Translations under genes and position numbers: made by a program
Part shown: positions 34,752-44,796 of the stretch, piece by piece
Layout: every line of letters starts with the position of its first letter
Position numbering within the stretch: position 1 is the first letter of the stretch
Source of the DNA: Nitrosotalea sp.
GTDB lineage: Bacteria; Methylomirabilota; Methylomirabilia; Rokubacteriales; CSP1-6
DNA: 64,000 bases
Assembly: GCA_035519555.1 (NCBI GenBank)
Contig: DATIWG010000051.1
Location: 130,520-194,519 of the forward strand
Reading direction: 5' to 3'
Notes under the pieces: model-generated
Database searches by the model: none
Seen by the model: the letters and a program-made list of their open reading frames with translations, nothing else
Told to the model about the DNA's origin: nothing

Positions 34752-35537
34752 ATGTTCCACTCCCCGGGTGCGATCGCGATCCACGTGGGCCCGATCGCGC
34801 TCCGCTGGTACGGCATCCTCATGGCGCTGGCGATGGCGCTCGGCTTGTGGCTCGGCCACCGCGACGCGCGCGACCGCGGCCTCGATCCGGAGAGCCTGCT
34901 CAAGGCGGGGGAGCTGGCCCTGCTCGGCGGGCTCATCGGCGCGCGCCTCTACTACGTGATGTTCAACCTCGACTACTACAGTCAGTACCCCGGTAAAATC
35001 TTCGCGGTCTGGGAGGGTGGCCTCGCCATTCACGGTGGCGTCGTCGCCGGCGTGCTCGTCGGCGGCCTGTACGCGTGGCGGCGACACCTGCCGCTGCGGC
35101 AGTTCCTCGACGTGGCGGCCCCCAGCCTCGCTCTCGGGCAGGCGATCGGCCGGTGGGGGAACTTCTTCAACGAGGAGGCGTTCGGCCGGCCGACCGATCT
35201 ACCCTGGAAGCTCTTCATCTCGCCCCCGAACCGGCCGCTGCAGTACGCGCAGTCGGAATACTTCCACCCGACCTTCCTCTACGAGTCGCTCTGGGACCTG
35301 ATCGTGTTCTTGCTGCTCTACCTGACGCTCCGCGATCGCCTGAAGCGGGCGCCCGGCGCGCTGTTCCTCGCTTACCTCGGTCTCTACTCGCTCGGCCGCC
35401 TCTTCACGGAAGGCCTCCGCACCGATCCTCTGATGCTCGGCTCGCTCCGGATCGCGCAGATCGTGAGCCTGGTCGGCATGGCGGTGGCGGCGGTGGGGGT
35501 CCCGCTCCTGCTGCGCCAGCGTCGGCGCCCCGCCTGA
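34752..35537 (+). CDS. lgt: Prolipoprotein diacylglyceryl transferase
   Basis: 261 aa. IALRWYGILMALAMALG...GARLYYV...VWEGGLAIHGGV...GQAIGRWGNFFNEEAFG is canonical Lgt. Confidence 0.95.
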   Translation: MFHSPGAIAIHVGPIALRWYGILMALAMALGLWLGHRDARDRGLDPESLLKAGELALLGGLIGARLYYVMFNLDYYSQYPGKIFAVWEGGLAIHGGVVAGVLVGGLYAWRRHLPLRQFLDVAAPSLALGQAIGRWGNFFNEEAFGRPTDLPWKLFISPPNRPLQYAQSEYFHPTFLYESLWDLIVFLLLYLTLRDRLKRAPGALFLAYLGLYSLGRLFTEGLRTDPLMLGSLRIAQIVSLVGMAVAAVGVPLLLRQRRRPA

Positions 35538-36220
35538 CCCAACCCGGAAATCCGGTGTGAAGCGCTACGCGAGCCGCGACGGCCGCATCCGACTGTTCGT
35601 CGGCGACAGCCGGCGGCTCACCGGGATCGCCACCGGCAGCGTCGGCGTGATCCTGACCTCGCCGCCCTACTGGGTCCGGGGCCGCGGCCGCGCGCAGGCC
35701 GAGCGCTACGCGCGCGAGCTCGCGGCCGGCTTCGCCCGGGAGTGGCGCCGCGTGCTCGCCGACCGCGGCGACCTCTGGCTCGTCATCGGCGACCGGCACG
35801 ACGGCTTCGAGTGGGTGGGCATCGACGCCCTCGTGACCGCGGCCCTGAGGCGCCGGGGCTTCCGCCTCCAGTCGAAGGGCCTGTGGGCGCAGGTGCGGTC
35901 GCGCGAGCGGTGGGACAACCGGGTCAACTACCTGCTGCGGTTCCGAAAGGCGGGCCGTCCGGTGCGGCCGGATGGCCACACGCTCTGCTGGACGCTGCCT
36001 CTGCCGCGCTCGCATCCGGAGAGCCTGTGGGACGCGACGCCCGACCCGGTGCTCCGCGGGATCCTCGAGATCTCGGCCCGGCGCGGCGCGGTGCTCGATC
36101 CCTTCGCGGGGGCGGGGACGGTGGGGCGGGTCGCGGTGGCCCTCGGCCGCGAGTGGATCGGCGTCGAGCGCGACGCGCAGATGGCGGCTCTCGCGGCGCG
36201 CCGCCTCCGCCTCCGCCCGG

Positions 36221-37236
<1,016 letters not shown>

Positions 37237-37240
<4 letters not shown>

Positions 37241-38469
37241 GACTTGCCTCCGAGCAAGGAGTGGACGGTCTGCCGGAGCGAGGCCTCGTCGAACGCGACG
37301 GCCTGCCGCGCCGGCGCGCTCGCCTCGGTCTTCAGCCCGGTCTCGCTCAGGATCACGCAGATGCTGGCGTCGGGATCGACCTCGCGCGCGGCGAGGAGCC
37401 GGCGCAGCACCGCGAGTGCCGCGACGCCGGTGGGCCCGGCCCAGATCCCCTCGGAGCGGGCGAGGAGGCGCTGCGTCTCCAGGATCTCCTCGTCCTCCGC
37501 ATCGCCGGCCACGCCACCGATCTCGTTCAGGATTCGCAGGACCCAGTCGCCCTTGCGGCCGGGGTTGCCGGCGGCCAGCCCCTCGGCGACCGTGTAGCCG
37601 ATCTTCATGGGCTCCACCGGCCGCTTCTCGCGCCACGCGCGCGCGATCGCGTTGGCGCGAGCGGCCTGGGCGGCCACCATCTGGGGCCGCCGCGGGATCC
37701 ACCCGAGCCGCTCCAGCTCGACGAAGCCACGGTGGGTGGCGATGAAGGTCTCGCCCACCGCCACCGGCGCCACCACGACGTCGGGTACGCGCCAGCGAGA
37801 CTGCTCGGCGATCTCGTAGGCGAGCGTCTTCTTGCCCTCGTGCTTGTAGGCGTTCCGGGAGGCACCGCAGTCGAAGAAGAGCCGCTCCTCGACGAGCCGG
37901 TCCCAGTGGCCGATCAGGTCGTCGTAGACACCCCGGTAGAGGACGAGATCGGTGGCGGTGGCGGTCATGTGAAGCAGCTTGGGCGCCGACGTCCGCTCGT
38001 AGGCGAAGATCAGCGAGCGCAGGCCGGCGCGGGCCGAATAGGCAGCGATCGAGGAGCCCGCGTTGCCGGAGCTGACCACTGAGGTGGCACGAAAGCCGAA
38101 CTGCAGCGCCGCCGCGACCGCGGTCGCCGACGATCGGTCCTTGACGGTGCCAGTGGGATTGGAGCCCTCGAACTTGACCTGGAGGCGGCGAACCCCGAGC
38201 GCGCGGCCGAGAGCCGGGCAGTCGAGCAGCGGGCTACAGCCTTCTCCCAGGGTCACCCGGTGCGCCGGATCCGCGATCGGCAGAACCGCGGCGTAGCGCC
38301 AGAGGCCGCGCCCCTCGAGGACGGTGGGGCCGGCCGCGCGCAGCGCCCCCCAGTCGTACTGCAGCTCGAGGAGCCCTTTGCACCGCATGCATTCGAGCCG
38401 GTAGTCGAGGGCGTGATCGGCACCGCAGGCGATGCAGCGGAGCGCCATCGCCCGGGAGGCGCTTGTCAT
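37237..38469 (-). CDS. thrC: Threonine synthase family PLP enzyme with an N-terminal zinc ribbon
   Basis: CIACG...CMRCKG zinc ribbon, the PLP-lysine region FEGSNPTGTVKDRS, and SSGNAG. The stop overlaps the htrA-like start (GTGA). Confidence 0.8.
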
Positions 38470-38497
38470 CTCCGGTTCCCCCGCCGAGGGCCCCGGC

Positions 38498-39490
38498 TCA
38501 CCCGAGCACGGCCAGCATCGCCTCGATGCGGTGGCGGAGGGTGTGCTCGGCGAGGGCCCGCTTGCGCGCCCGCTCCCCGATGTCGCGTGCCTCGTCGGGG
38601 TGGGCGAGGTAGTAGTCGAGCTGGCGACGGAGCTCGCCGAGATCGTGGTACACGATCGCCTCCTCGCCTGGAGTGAACAGGTGAGGCAGCTCGTCCTTGG
38701 CGTCCACGACCTGACAGGCGGCGCTCGCGGCCAGCTCGAAAGTCCGCGTGTTCACCCCGACGATGTCGTTCATCGGATGATGGTGGTTCAGCGAGAGGAC
38801 GGAGCCCGAGTAGACCGCGAGCTTGGCCCGTCCCCACACCGGTCCCCCCGCGACCATCGCGCGGACCTCGGGGGCCTCCACGCGGTCCCAGCCACCGCCC
38901 CACAGGCGGAGCGGGTAGCCTCGGAGCTCGCGCACGAAGCGCTCGCGGTACGCGTAGGCGCTGCCCACGAAGCTCAGCGGTCCCGCGTAGCGGTGTGTCT
39001 CCTCGGGGGTGAGCTCGACCGGGTGGTGCATCTCGGGCACGCAGTACATGGGCAGATAGTGGAGGTTCCGCAGCCCGGCCTGCTCGAGCGCCTGGAGCGC
39101 GTACCGCTCCTTGGTGAAGAAGGCGTCGTAGGCCTCGATGCACTCGAACGGGATCATCCACAGTGGGTTGTCCGGGAAGAAGTTCACGAAGCGCGTGTCG
39201 ACGCGCGCCTTCACGCGTCGGACGAGCCCGGGGGTGACCGGCCCGCCCTTGATCACCAGCACCAGGTCCGGCCGCCAAGCCACGCACGCGCGCTCGAGAC
39301 GGCGAAGGATGAAGAGCTGGTAGGTCGCCTTGGTCGAGCGGTTCTTGTACAGCGGGTTGTCGCGGCGATACGCGAAGGTCCGCGCCTCGTGACCCATGGC
39401 CACGAGCTCGTCGCGGAAGTCCATGCCCATGTGTCCGGGGCGGGCGAACGGCAGGACGATCAGCCAGCGCACGGGCGAAGCGTACCACAT
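38498..39490 (-). CDS. CgeB-like glycosyltransferase (DUF3880 / Glyco_trans_1_2-like)
   Basis: 330 aa. FVGSAYAYRERFVREL...VLSLNHHHPMNDIVGVNTRTFELAASAACQVVD...ARKRALAEHTLRHRIEAML resembles the CgeB-family spore-maturation-type glycosyltransferases. Confidence 0.6.
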   Translation of the reverse strand: MWYASPVRWLIVLPFARPGHMGMDFRDELVAMGHEARTFAYRRDNPLYKNRSTKATYQLFILRRLERACVAWRPDLVLVIKGGPVTPGLVRRVKARVDTRFVNFFPDNPLWMIPFECIEAYDAFFTKERYALQALEQAGLRNLHYLPMYCVPEMHHPVELTPEETHRYAGPLSFVGSAYAYRERFVRELRGYPLRLWGGGWDRVEAPEVRAMVAGGPVWGRAKLAVYSGSVLSLNHHHPMNDIVGVNTRTFELAASAACQVVDAKDELPHLFTPGEEAIVYHDLGELRRQLDYYLAHPDEARDIGERARKRALAEHTLRHRIEAMLAVLG

Positions 39491-39523
39491 CGGGGCGGAC
39501 GGGCCGCCGCCCGTCCCGGCGGC

Positions 39524-40513
39524 TCAGGCGAAGGCGGGACGGACCTCCTTCGCGATCAGCTCGAGCTCACGCATGATGTGCCGGTGCGGCATGCCCGGGA
39601 AGAAGACGCGGCAGATGAGGTGGGTCATGCCGTACTCGGTGACGAAGGGCTTGAGCGCGCGGATGACCTGATCGGGACCCCCGATGAGGAAGCGATTCTT
39701 CATCAGGCCGTCGAGATCGGTGGCGATGGAGGCGTCGATGAACGGATGGCGCCAGCCTCCCGCGTACTCCTTCCGGTACGAGATCATGATGTGCTTCTCG
39801 GCGAGCTCGCGCGCCTCGCGGTCGGTGTCGGCGATGATCACGTCACGGGTGAGCGCCCACTCGGTCACGGCCTCCGTCTTGCCCGCCGCGCGCCGATTGG
39901 CAATGAACTGCTGCTTGCCCGCGAGCAGACGAGGCAGATCCGCGGTGGGCCCCGGCACCCAGTTGTCGGCCAGCGTGGCGGCGCGGCGGAGGGTGATGTC
40001 CCCCCAGCCGCCGATCCAGACCGGCGGATGCGGACGGGTGACCGGCTTCGGCTCGAGCCGACCCTCGACCTGATAGTAGGTGCCGCGGAACGAGACGGAC
40101 TCCTGGGTCCACAGCCCGTTCATGATCGCGAGCTGCTCCTCGAAGCGTGCGCCCCGCTTCTCGAGCGCAGCCCCGTAGAGCGCGAACTCGTCTGGCTTGT
40201 ACCCGATCGCGATGCCGAGCACGAAACGGCCGCCCGATATCACGTCGAGCATGACGGTGTCTTCGGCCAGCCGGACCGGGTGGTAGAACGGCGCCACCAG
40301 GATGTCGGTGCCGAGGCGTATCCGGCTCGTGCGGGTGGCGAAGCCGGCCAGCACCGGCAGGGGCGACGGCCAGTAGTGGTTGGTGACCGAGTGGTGCTCC
40401 TCCATCCATACCGAGTCGAAGCCGAGGTCCTCGGCGCGTACGACCTCTTCGAGGGCGTCCCGGTAGTAGTGTCCACCCTCGATCGGGATGAAGCCGACCT
40501 GGAGTCCCGCCAC
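39524..40513 (-). CDS. LLM-class (luciferase-like) flavin-dependent oxidoreductase
   Basis: In-frame GTG at 40513, 2 nt after the tautomerase stop. AEDLGFDSVWMEEHH...LGTDILVAPFYHPVRLAEDTVMLDVISGGRFVLGIAIGY is the LLM signature. Confidence 0.85.
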   Translation of the reverse strand: MAGLQVGFIPIEGGHYYRDALEEVVRAEDLGFDSVWMEEHHSVTNHYWPSPLPVLAGFATRTSRIRLGTDILVAPFYHPVRLAEDTVMLDVISGGRFVLGIAIGYKPDEFALYGAALEKRGARFEEQLAIMNGLWTQESVSFRGTYYQVEGRLEPKPVTRPHPPVWIGGWGDITLRRAATLADNWVPGPTADLPRLLAGKQQFIANRRAAGKTEAVTEWALTRDVIIADTDREARELAEKHIMISYRKEYAGGWRHPFIDASIATDLDGLMKNRFLIGGPDQVIRALKPFVTEYGMTHLICRVFFPGMPHRHIMRELELIAKEVRPAFA

Positions 40514-40515
40514 CG

Positions 40516-40701
40516 CTAGCGGTCGCTCGCGAGCTTGCCGTTCACGCCCCAGTTCGACTTCTCCACGTCCTGGAACACCACATGAACCTGATCGGCGGTG
40601 GTCTTGCCAATCTTCACCATGGCGTCGGTGATGGCCGCGACGATCTCGCGCTTCTGCTGGTCGGTGCGGCCGGCGTACCACTGGACGGTGATGTTGGGCA
40701 T
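40516..40701 (-). CDS. 4-oxalocrotonate tautomerase family protein
   Basis: 61 aa with the catalytic N-terminal Pro: MPNITVQWYAGRTDQQKREIVAAITDAMVKI. Confidence 0.85.
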   Translation of the reverse strand: MPNITVQWYAGRTDQQKREIVAAITDAMVKIGKTTADQVHVVFQDVEKSNWGVNGKLASDR

Positions 40702-40726
40702 GGAACCCTCCTCGAATGGTCGGGTG

Positions 40727-41056
40727 CTATCTGAGCCTCCGCATGTCGTCCGGGAAGCTGGACGTGAACGAGTACGACTTGACGATACCGTCGGCGTTGA
40801 AGCGCACGGTGAGATCCTTGCTCATCTCGGCGCCGGCGTCGCGCTGCCCGTAGAACCAGCGCCACGTCGTGTCGCCGTTGTCGATCCCCATCTGGTACGG
40901 CTCGCCGAACATGCGCACGAGCCCGTAGCGGTCGGTCTTGCCGTTGACGATCCATCGCGCCTCGGGCGAGGGGAAATCGCGACCGAACCTGACCGACACG
41001 CACCCGGCGAGCAGGACTAGCGCGACCAGACAGGACAGCCATCCGGGCCGAGGCAT
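40727..41056 (-). CDS. bamE: Outer-membrane lipoprotein, BamE/SmpA-OmlA-like
   Basis: ATG at 41056 gives MPRPGWLSCLVALVLLAGC (lipobox). The mature domain is small, with GKTDRYGLVRMFGEP and WRWFYG. Confidence 0.65.
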   Translation of the reverse strand: MPRPGWLSCLVALVLLAGCVSVRFGRDFPSPEARWIVNGKTDRYGLVRMFGEPYQMGIDNGDTTWRWFYGQRDAGAEMSKDLTVRFNADGIVKSYSFTSSFPDDMRRLR

Positions 41057-41145
41057 GGCGCGGATTATTGCATCGGACGCAACTACGGGCAAGCATGCAA
41101 CTAGGGCGAGGGCGCAATCATGGCCGCGTCGACTCGCGTGCTAAG

Positions 41146-42732
41146 ATGACCGCCGTGGAAGCCTTCACCGCCGAGGAGCGGGCCGCCCTCGCGCCCTACT
41201 TCACCAACATCGAGGGGCCGGTCTTCGCGCTGATCAATCTTCCGGAGGTCGTCAAGGGCGCGCTGTTCGCGCGCTACTCCCGCTCCGCGAAATCGCTGCG
41301 CCGGCTGTTCCTCGACGAGTTCCTGGAGCAGGCCCGGGAGCCGGCGACGGAAGGGGCCATCGGCACCACCCGCGCCGACCAGCTCTACGAGCGCGTGCTC
41401 AGCGAGTACGGCGACGACTCGGTGGCCCAGTTGGGCGGCGTGCACCTGGCCTGCGAGGGTGCGTCCAACATCCTGACCAAGGTCCTCGAGTGGGGGCGGC
41501 TCATGGCCTACCTCGAGCAGTCCACGCGCTACGTGCCCTACACGGATCGGCCAGGGGGCCGCTTCAAGTATCACGTGCCGGCCGAGCTCGACGGTCATCC
41601 CCTTCGGGCCCGGTACGTCGAGGTGCTCGACCGCGCCTTCGACACCTACGCGCGCTGGATCGATCCGATGCGCGAGTACTGGATGGCCCGCTTCCCGCAG
41701 CCGACGGGAGAGAGCGACGCGGCCTACCGCATGACCATCCGCGCGAAGGCCCTCGACAGCCTGCGGGGGCTCCTGCCCGCCGCCACCCGCTCGAACGTCG
41801 GCATCTTCGGTACCGGCCAGGGTTACGAGGCGCTCGTGCTCCGCATGCGGGCGCATCCGCTCCGGGAAGTCCGCGACTACGCTGAGCTCATGTTCGTCGA
41901 GCTCGACCGGGTGATCCCGGCGTTCCTCAAGCGCCTGTCTCGCCCCGAGCGGGGTGGAGTGTGGGCCCGCTATCTCGAGGACACCCGGGAAGCCACCGCT
42001 GCCGTCGCGGCCCGGCTGCTGCAGGGCGTCGACGCCGAGCCTCGGCCCGAGGTCACGCTCACCGACTTCGATCCGGAGGGCGAGGTCAAGGTGGTCGCCG
42101 CCGCCCTGTACGCCGCCTCGCGGCTGCCCGACGATCAGCTCCTCGCGGTGGCCCGCAAGCTCTCGGTCGAGGAGCGGCGGCAGGTCCTCGAGGCCTACGC
42201 CGGCCGCCGCGAGAATCGGCGGCACAAGCCGGGGCGGGCCTTCGAGCGTACCGCGTACCGCTTCGACGTGTTGGGAGACTACGGGGCGTTCCGTGATCTG
42301 CAGCGGCACCGCCTGCTCACGCTCGAGTGGCAGACGCTCTCGACACGTCACGGCCACGTCACCCCCGACGAGCTCGCGGACGCGGGCGTGCTCGCCGACT
42401 GGACCCGCGTGATGGAGGACTCGGCGACGCTCCACGACGCGCTCGCCGCCGAGATGCCCGCGGTCGCGTCGTACGCGGTGGCCATGGCGTATCGCGTGCG
42501 GTTCTACATGGAGCTGAACGCGCGCGAGGCGATGCACATGATCGAGCTGCGCACCGCGCCCCAGGGCCATCCGGCCTATCGGCGAATTTGCCAGGCCATG
42601 CATCGCCTCATCGCGGAGCAGGCCGGACACCGTGCGCTCGCGGAGGCGATGGTACACGCCGACCACTCGGGCGCGGAGGGTGGGCGTCTCGATGCGGAGC
42701 GGGCGGCGGAGCGCCGGCGTCGGGGGAGCTGA
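41146..42732 (+). CDS. ThyX-like FAD-dependent thymidylate synthase family protein (long, two-domain form)
   Basis: ALFARYSRS in the first half and FRDLQRHRLLT (an RHR motif) in the second half match Thy1/ThyX-type folds. The length of about 528 aa is unlike the canonical ThyX of about 250 aa. Confidence 0.7.
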   Translation: MTAVEAFTAEERAALAPYFTNIEGPVFALINLPEVVKGALFARYSRSAKSLRRLFLDEFLEQAREPATEGAIGTTRADQLYERVLSEYGDDSVAQLGGVHLACEGASNILTKVLEWGRLMAYLEQSTRYVPYTDRPGGRFKYHVPAELDGHPLRARYVEVLDRAFDTYARWIDPMREYWMARFPQPTGESDAAYRMTIRAKALDSLRGLLPAATRSNVGIFGTGQGYEALVLRMRAHPLREVRDYAELMFVELDRVIPAFLKRLSRPERGGVWARYLEDTREATAAVAARLLQGVDAEPRPEVTLTDFDPEGEVKVVAAALYAASRLPDDQLLAVARKLSVEERRQVLEAYAGRRENRRHKPGRAFERTAYRFDVLGDYGAFRDLQRHRLLTLEWQTLSTRHGHVTPDELADAGVLADWTRVMEDSATLHDALAAEMPAVASYAVAMAYRVRFYMELNAREAMHMIELRTAPQGHPAYRRICQAMHRLIAEQAGHRALAEAMVHADHSGAEGGRLDAERAAERRRRGS

Positions 42733-43012
42733 AGGCCGGCGGGCGCTCACGCGGGTGGTGGCGCCCCCCCCGGATCGCCACGGAGCCGGGTTGGGGGTCC
42801 CGATGGCCGTCCTCGCTGGCCCTCCTGACTCCGTCCTCGGTCGGCTTCGGAGCGGACACGCCTCGCCCGAGGGCCGCATCCACGGCTGCTACGTGCCCGC
42901 CGACTGGACGATCGTCTCCACGGCCGATCCGTAGGTCCTCATGCACGAGTTCAAGCACGCCTTCGAGGGGCCCCGGCACAGGTAGATTCGTCGTCCCGGG
43001 CGAGCTCGGCGC

Positions 43013-43041
43013 TTGACCGGTCCCTCTCCCCGCGGCATACT
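43013..43041 (+). promoter_or_regulatory. Sigma-70-type promoter for the TetR-DinB pair: TTGACC, 17-nt spacer, CATACT
   Basis: TTGACC at 43013-43018 and CATACT at 43036-43041. Confidence 0.5.
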
Positions 43042-43053
43042 CCTGCTCATGAT

Positions 43054-43073
43054 AATTGGTCGACCAACCAATT
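43054..43073. promoter_or_regulatory. Putative TetR operator palindrome
   Basis: AATTGGTCGACCAACCAATT contains the perfect 12-bp palindrome TTGGTCGACCAA (43056-43067). It also contains the 7-bp arms AATTGGT / ACCAATT. It lies 13 nt downstream of the -10 box. Confidence 0.45.
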
Positions 43074-43107
43074 ACCCGCGGAGACGGCCCTGACCCCCCG
43101 GCGCGGC

Positions 43108-43698
43108 ATGGGCCCGGCGCGGCGCGATCAGATCGTGCGCGCGACCATTCGCTGTCTGGCGCGTGACGGCTACGCCGGGCTCACCATGAAGCGGGTGGCC
43201 GTCGAAGCCTCGGTGAGCCAGGGAATACTGCACTACTACTTCCGCGATAAGGCCGCCATGCTCGCGGCCGCGGCCCTGCGCGTGACCGCGGATCTCGATC
43301 GCCGGGTGGCTGCGCAGGCCCGCGGGGCCCGAGGCGCTCGTGCGCGGCTTCGGGCCGTGATCCGCGCGTGCCTCGAGACTGCCGTCGAGAGCCGCGACTT
43401 CTGGACGGTGTTCATCGAGTTCTGGGGCGAGGCCTTCCACGACCGGCGACTGGCCGCGGTGAACCGGCAGGCCTACGCACGGGCCCGGCGCCTGATCGGG
43501 GTGGCGCTCGCCGAGGGCATCACCGACCGCGAGTGGAGGCGCGTGGACGTACAGGCTGCCGCCGTGGTCGTGCTCGGGTTACTCGACGGGCTGTCGCTCC
43601 AGCTCACATTCGATCGCGGGCTGATGACGCTCCCGCGCGCGGCGCGGATCGCCGAGGCCGCGCTCGTCCGCTACCTCTTACCAGGAGATCTCTCATGA
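43108..43698 (+). CDS. TetR/AcrR family transcriptional regulator
   Basis: The helix-turn-helix region is RDQIVRATIRCLARDGYAGLTMKRVAVEASVSQGILHYYFRDKAAML. Confidence 0.9.
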   Translation: MGPARRDQIVRATIRCLARDGYAGLTMKRVAVEASVSQGILHYYFRDKAAMLAAAALRVTADLDRRVAAQARGARGARARLRAVIRACLETAVESRDFWTVFIEFWGEAFHDRRLAAVNRQAYARARRLIGVALAEGITDREWRRVDVQAAAVVVLGLLDGLSLQLTFDRGLMTLPRAARIAEAALVRYLLPGDLS

Positions 43699-44267
43699 CC
43701 ACGCCCCCCGAGCAGGTGAAGGCCAAGGCGTACCTCAGGGAGAAGGGGACCGAGGCGCCGGTCGCGCAGATCCGCCAGCGCGTTGCCGACGCGTTCGCCA
43801 CCGTGGACACGCTCCTCGACTCGGTGACCGAGGCGCAGGCCGCGCGGAAGGCGGTCGACGACGAGTGGTGCGTCCACGAGATCGTCGACCACCTCGTTGA
43901 GACGCACCCGCTCGCGCTCGAGGAGATGAGGGCGTTGATGGGGAATCGACACTCGCCGGTCAGCCCGATTCCGGCCGGCCTCCAGTCGGCCCGGCCCATG
44001 TCTCGACGCTGGGATGACCTGCGAGCCACTCTGCGGCAACTCCACCGGGAAGTGCTGGAGGTGCTGGACGGAGCGCCAGACCGGCTGACCGAGGCGCGCG
44101 CCCCCATCATCATGGTGATCAACGTGCGAGATGCCGGCGGGTCGGTGAAGCCGATGCACTGGATCGAGCCCTGCGATTGGAAGGCCTGTGCGGTGATCTT
44201 CCGGCTCCACGAGATGGATCACCTGACCCAGGCGAGGAAGGCGCTGCGCGCGATCGCCGCCGGTTGA
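43695..44267 (+). CDS. DinB-family (four-helix-bundle, metal-dependent) protein
   Basis: The ATG overlaps the TetR stop (ATGA) and AGGAG lies 7 nt upstream. W.VHEIVDHLVE and HEMDHLTQ are DinB-type His motifs. Confidence 0.7.
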   Translation: MTTPPEQVKAKAYLREKGTEAPVAQIRQRVADAFATVDTLLDSVTEAQAARKAVDDEWCVHEIVDHLVETHPLALEEMRALMGNRHSPVSPIPAGLQSARPMSRRWDDLRATLRQLHREVLEVLDGAPDRLTEARAPIIMVINVRDAGGSVKPMHWIEPCDWKACAVIFRLHEMDHLTQARKALRAIAAG

Positions 44268-44288
44268 CCCGTCGTGTAAGATTGGATC

Positions 44289-44771
44289 ATGACGCGGTTG
44301 GCCCGTCTCCTGCTCGCGGCCCTGGCTCTCCCGGCGGTCTGGTCGGGAGCGGCGATCGCCGCCGATGCCCCCGCCGCGGATCCGTCGACGCCCTCGATCT
44401 CGAGTGCCGTCCCCGACCTTCGTTTATCGGTCAGCGAGGTGCCGGGGGAGACGTCGCTGCGCCTGCCGCTCTCCTCGGAGAACTACCTGCTCCATGGCCT
44501 TCTGAGCCCGTACCTGTCCCTGGGCTCGAGCACCGCGCTCGGCGCGCCGTGGAACTCGACGCTGACCCCGGGGCTACGACGGGACACCGACGGGCTCGAC
44601 GACGTGCGACTCGGCGCGGGGTTCGCGTTGCCCCTCTCGGAGCGAGCGCAGATGTACGGGGAGTATCGATTCCTGCGCGGGCGTCTCGACGCGGGTGCCG
44701 GCCGGGGGCTGCTGCAGCGCGAGCCGGATTCCGCCGACTTCCGCGCCGGCTTCTCGATTCGCCTCAACTAG
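44289..44771 (+). CDS. Secreted hypothetical protein, possibly a small outer-membrane beta-barrel
   Basis: The signal peptide ends ...VWSGAAIAAD. The C-terminal half has alternating hydrophobic residues and ends ...FRAGFSIRLN. I recognise no family. Confidence 0.5.
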   Translation: MTRLARLLLAALALPAVWSGAAIAADAPAADPSTPSISSAVPDLRLSVSEVPGETSLRLPLSSENYLLHGLLSPYLSLGSSTALGAPWNSTLTPGLRRDTDGLDDVRLGAGFALPLSERAQMYGEYRFLRGRLDAGAGRGLLQREPDSADFRAGFSIRLN

Positions 44772-44796
44772 CTCCTGCTCGGCTGTTTCGCCCGCC

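Noticed and set aside
38432-40519. 695-aa plus-strand ORF
   Set aside because: It is antisense to the CgeB-like glycosyltransferase and the LLM oxidoreductase, both with clear family signatures on the minus strand.
41101-42879. 592-aa minus-strand ORF
   Set aside because: It is antisense to the ThyX-like gene and has shadow-ORF composition.
42733-43012. A 280-bp apparently empty region after the ThyX-like gene, with small ORFs (42632..42934 plus, 42889..43071 minus)
   Set aside because: The small ORFs have no start context, no motifs and shadow-like composition. I could not fold a convincing tRNA or other known RNA by eye. I treat the region as promoter and upstream sequence for the TetR gene.
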